Positions 7,637 to 7,855 of a DNA stretch of 7,855 bases are shown one piece after another. The position numbers and the translations under genes are program-made. A model generated the notes under the pieces. The model was given only the letters and a program-made list of their open reading frames with translations, was not told the origin of the DNA and did not search any database. Positions within the stretch are counted from its first letter, which is position 1. Each line of letters opens with the position of its first letter. The stretch comes from a virus (taxonomy: Duplodnaviria > Heunggongvirae > Uroviricota > Caudoviricetes): IMG/VR virus record IMGVR_UViG_648276668_000013; one strand, written 5' to 3'.

Positions 7637-7855
7637 ATGATGATTTGCCCACTGTGTGGAAGTGCCGCCCATACTCGCAGCAGTTTTCAGGTATCTTCAT
7701 TGACCAAAGAGCGTTACAACCAGTGCCAGAACATTAACTGCAGCCATACTTTTGTTACCCATGAAACTTTTGTTCGTTCGATTGCAACGCCAAAAGAGTC
7801 AAATCCGGTTCAGCCGCATCCAATGAAATCAGGACAGGTGGCGCTCTCTCTTTGA
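7637..7855 (+). CDS. ogr: Ogr-family zinc-finger late transcriptional activator (72 aa from ATG 7637; the ORF track's upstream ATG at 7604 is probably not the real start)
   Basis: MMICPLCGSAAHTRSS...KERYNQCQNINCSHTF...PHPMKSGQ matches P2 Ogr as recalled, including the C-x2-C...C-x4-C zinc finger and a 72-aa length. GGGGAGA ribosome-binding site at 7621-7627, 9 nt before the ATG at 7637. It occupies the P2 position immediately after D. Confidence 0.85.
   Translation: MMICPLCGSAAHTRSSFQVSSLTKERYNQCQNINCSHTFVTHETFVRSIATPKESNPVQPHPMKSGQVALSL

Noticed and set aside
7543-7737. 64-aa plus-strand ORF overlapping the ogr start in another frame, and the extended 7604 start of ogr
   Set aside because: The 64-aa ORF runs out of frame across the ogr ribosome-binding site and N-terminus and has no homology signal. 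The 7604 start adds 11 non-conserved residues upstream of the MMICPLC motif and lacks a ribosome-binding site.
1-7855. Search for cargo or morons, toxin-antitoxin or defence systems, CRISPR repeats, tRNA or rRNA genes and insertion-sequence elements
   Set aside because: Every substantial plus-strand ORF is accounted for by the invertase and the canonical FI-FII-E-T-U-D-ogr module. Intergenic gaps are 142 bp or less. No direct-repeat arrays, transposase-like ORFs or structured-RNA-like regions were seen, so the window gives no support for a novel accessory system.

Overview
This window is the distal half of a P2-like (Peduovirus-type) prophage late tail operon from an enterobacterial genome, with every gene on the + strand. 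In order: a Gin/Pin/Hin-family serine DNA invertase (1-567), tail sheath FI (710-1881, split into two ORFs by a frameshift in an A6 run), tail tube FII, tail chaperone E with its -1 frameshift product E+E' (slippery TTTTTTG at 2718-2724), a long tape measure protein T (1025 aa), tail proteins U and D, and the Ogr zinc-finger late activator (best start 7637). A TGT-N12-ACA dyad upstream of FI fits an Ogr-dependent late promoter. No rRNA, tRNA, CRISPR array, transposase, toxin or defence cargo is visible. I do not see evidence for a previously undescribed system here; what deserves follow-up is the frameshifted sheath gene, the invertase where P2 carries the Z/fun moron (implying an invertible tail-fibre segment just upstream of the window), the unannotated E+E' frameshift product, and the enlarged tape measure. 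All homology statements rest on recalled similarity to P2 proteins plus conserved gene order, not on a database search.
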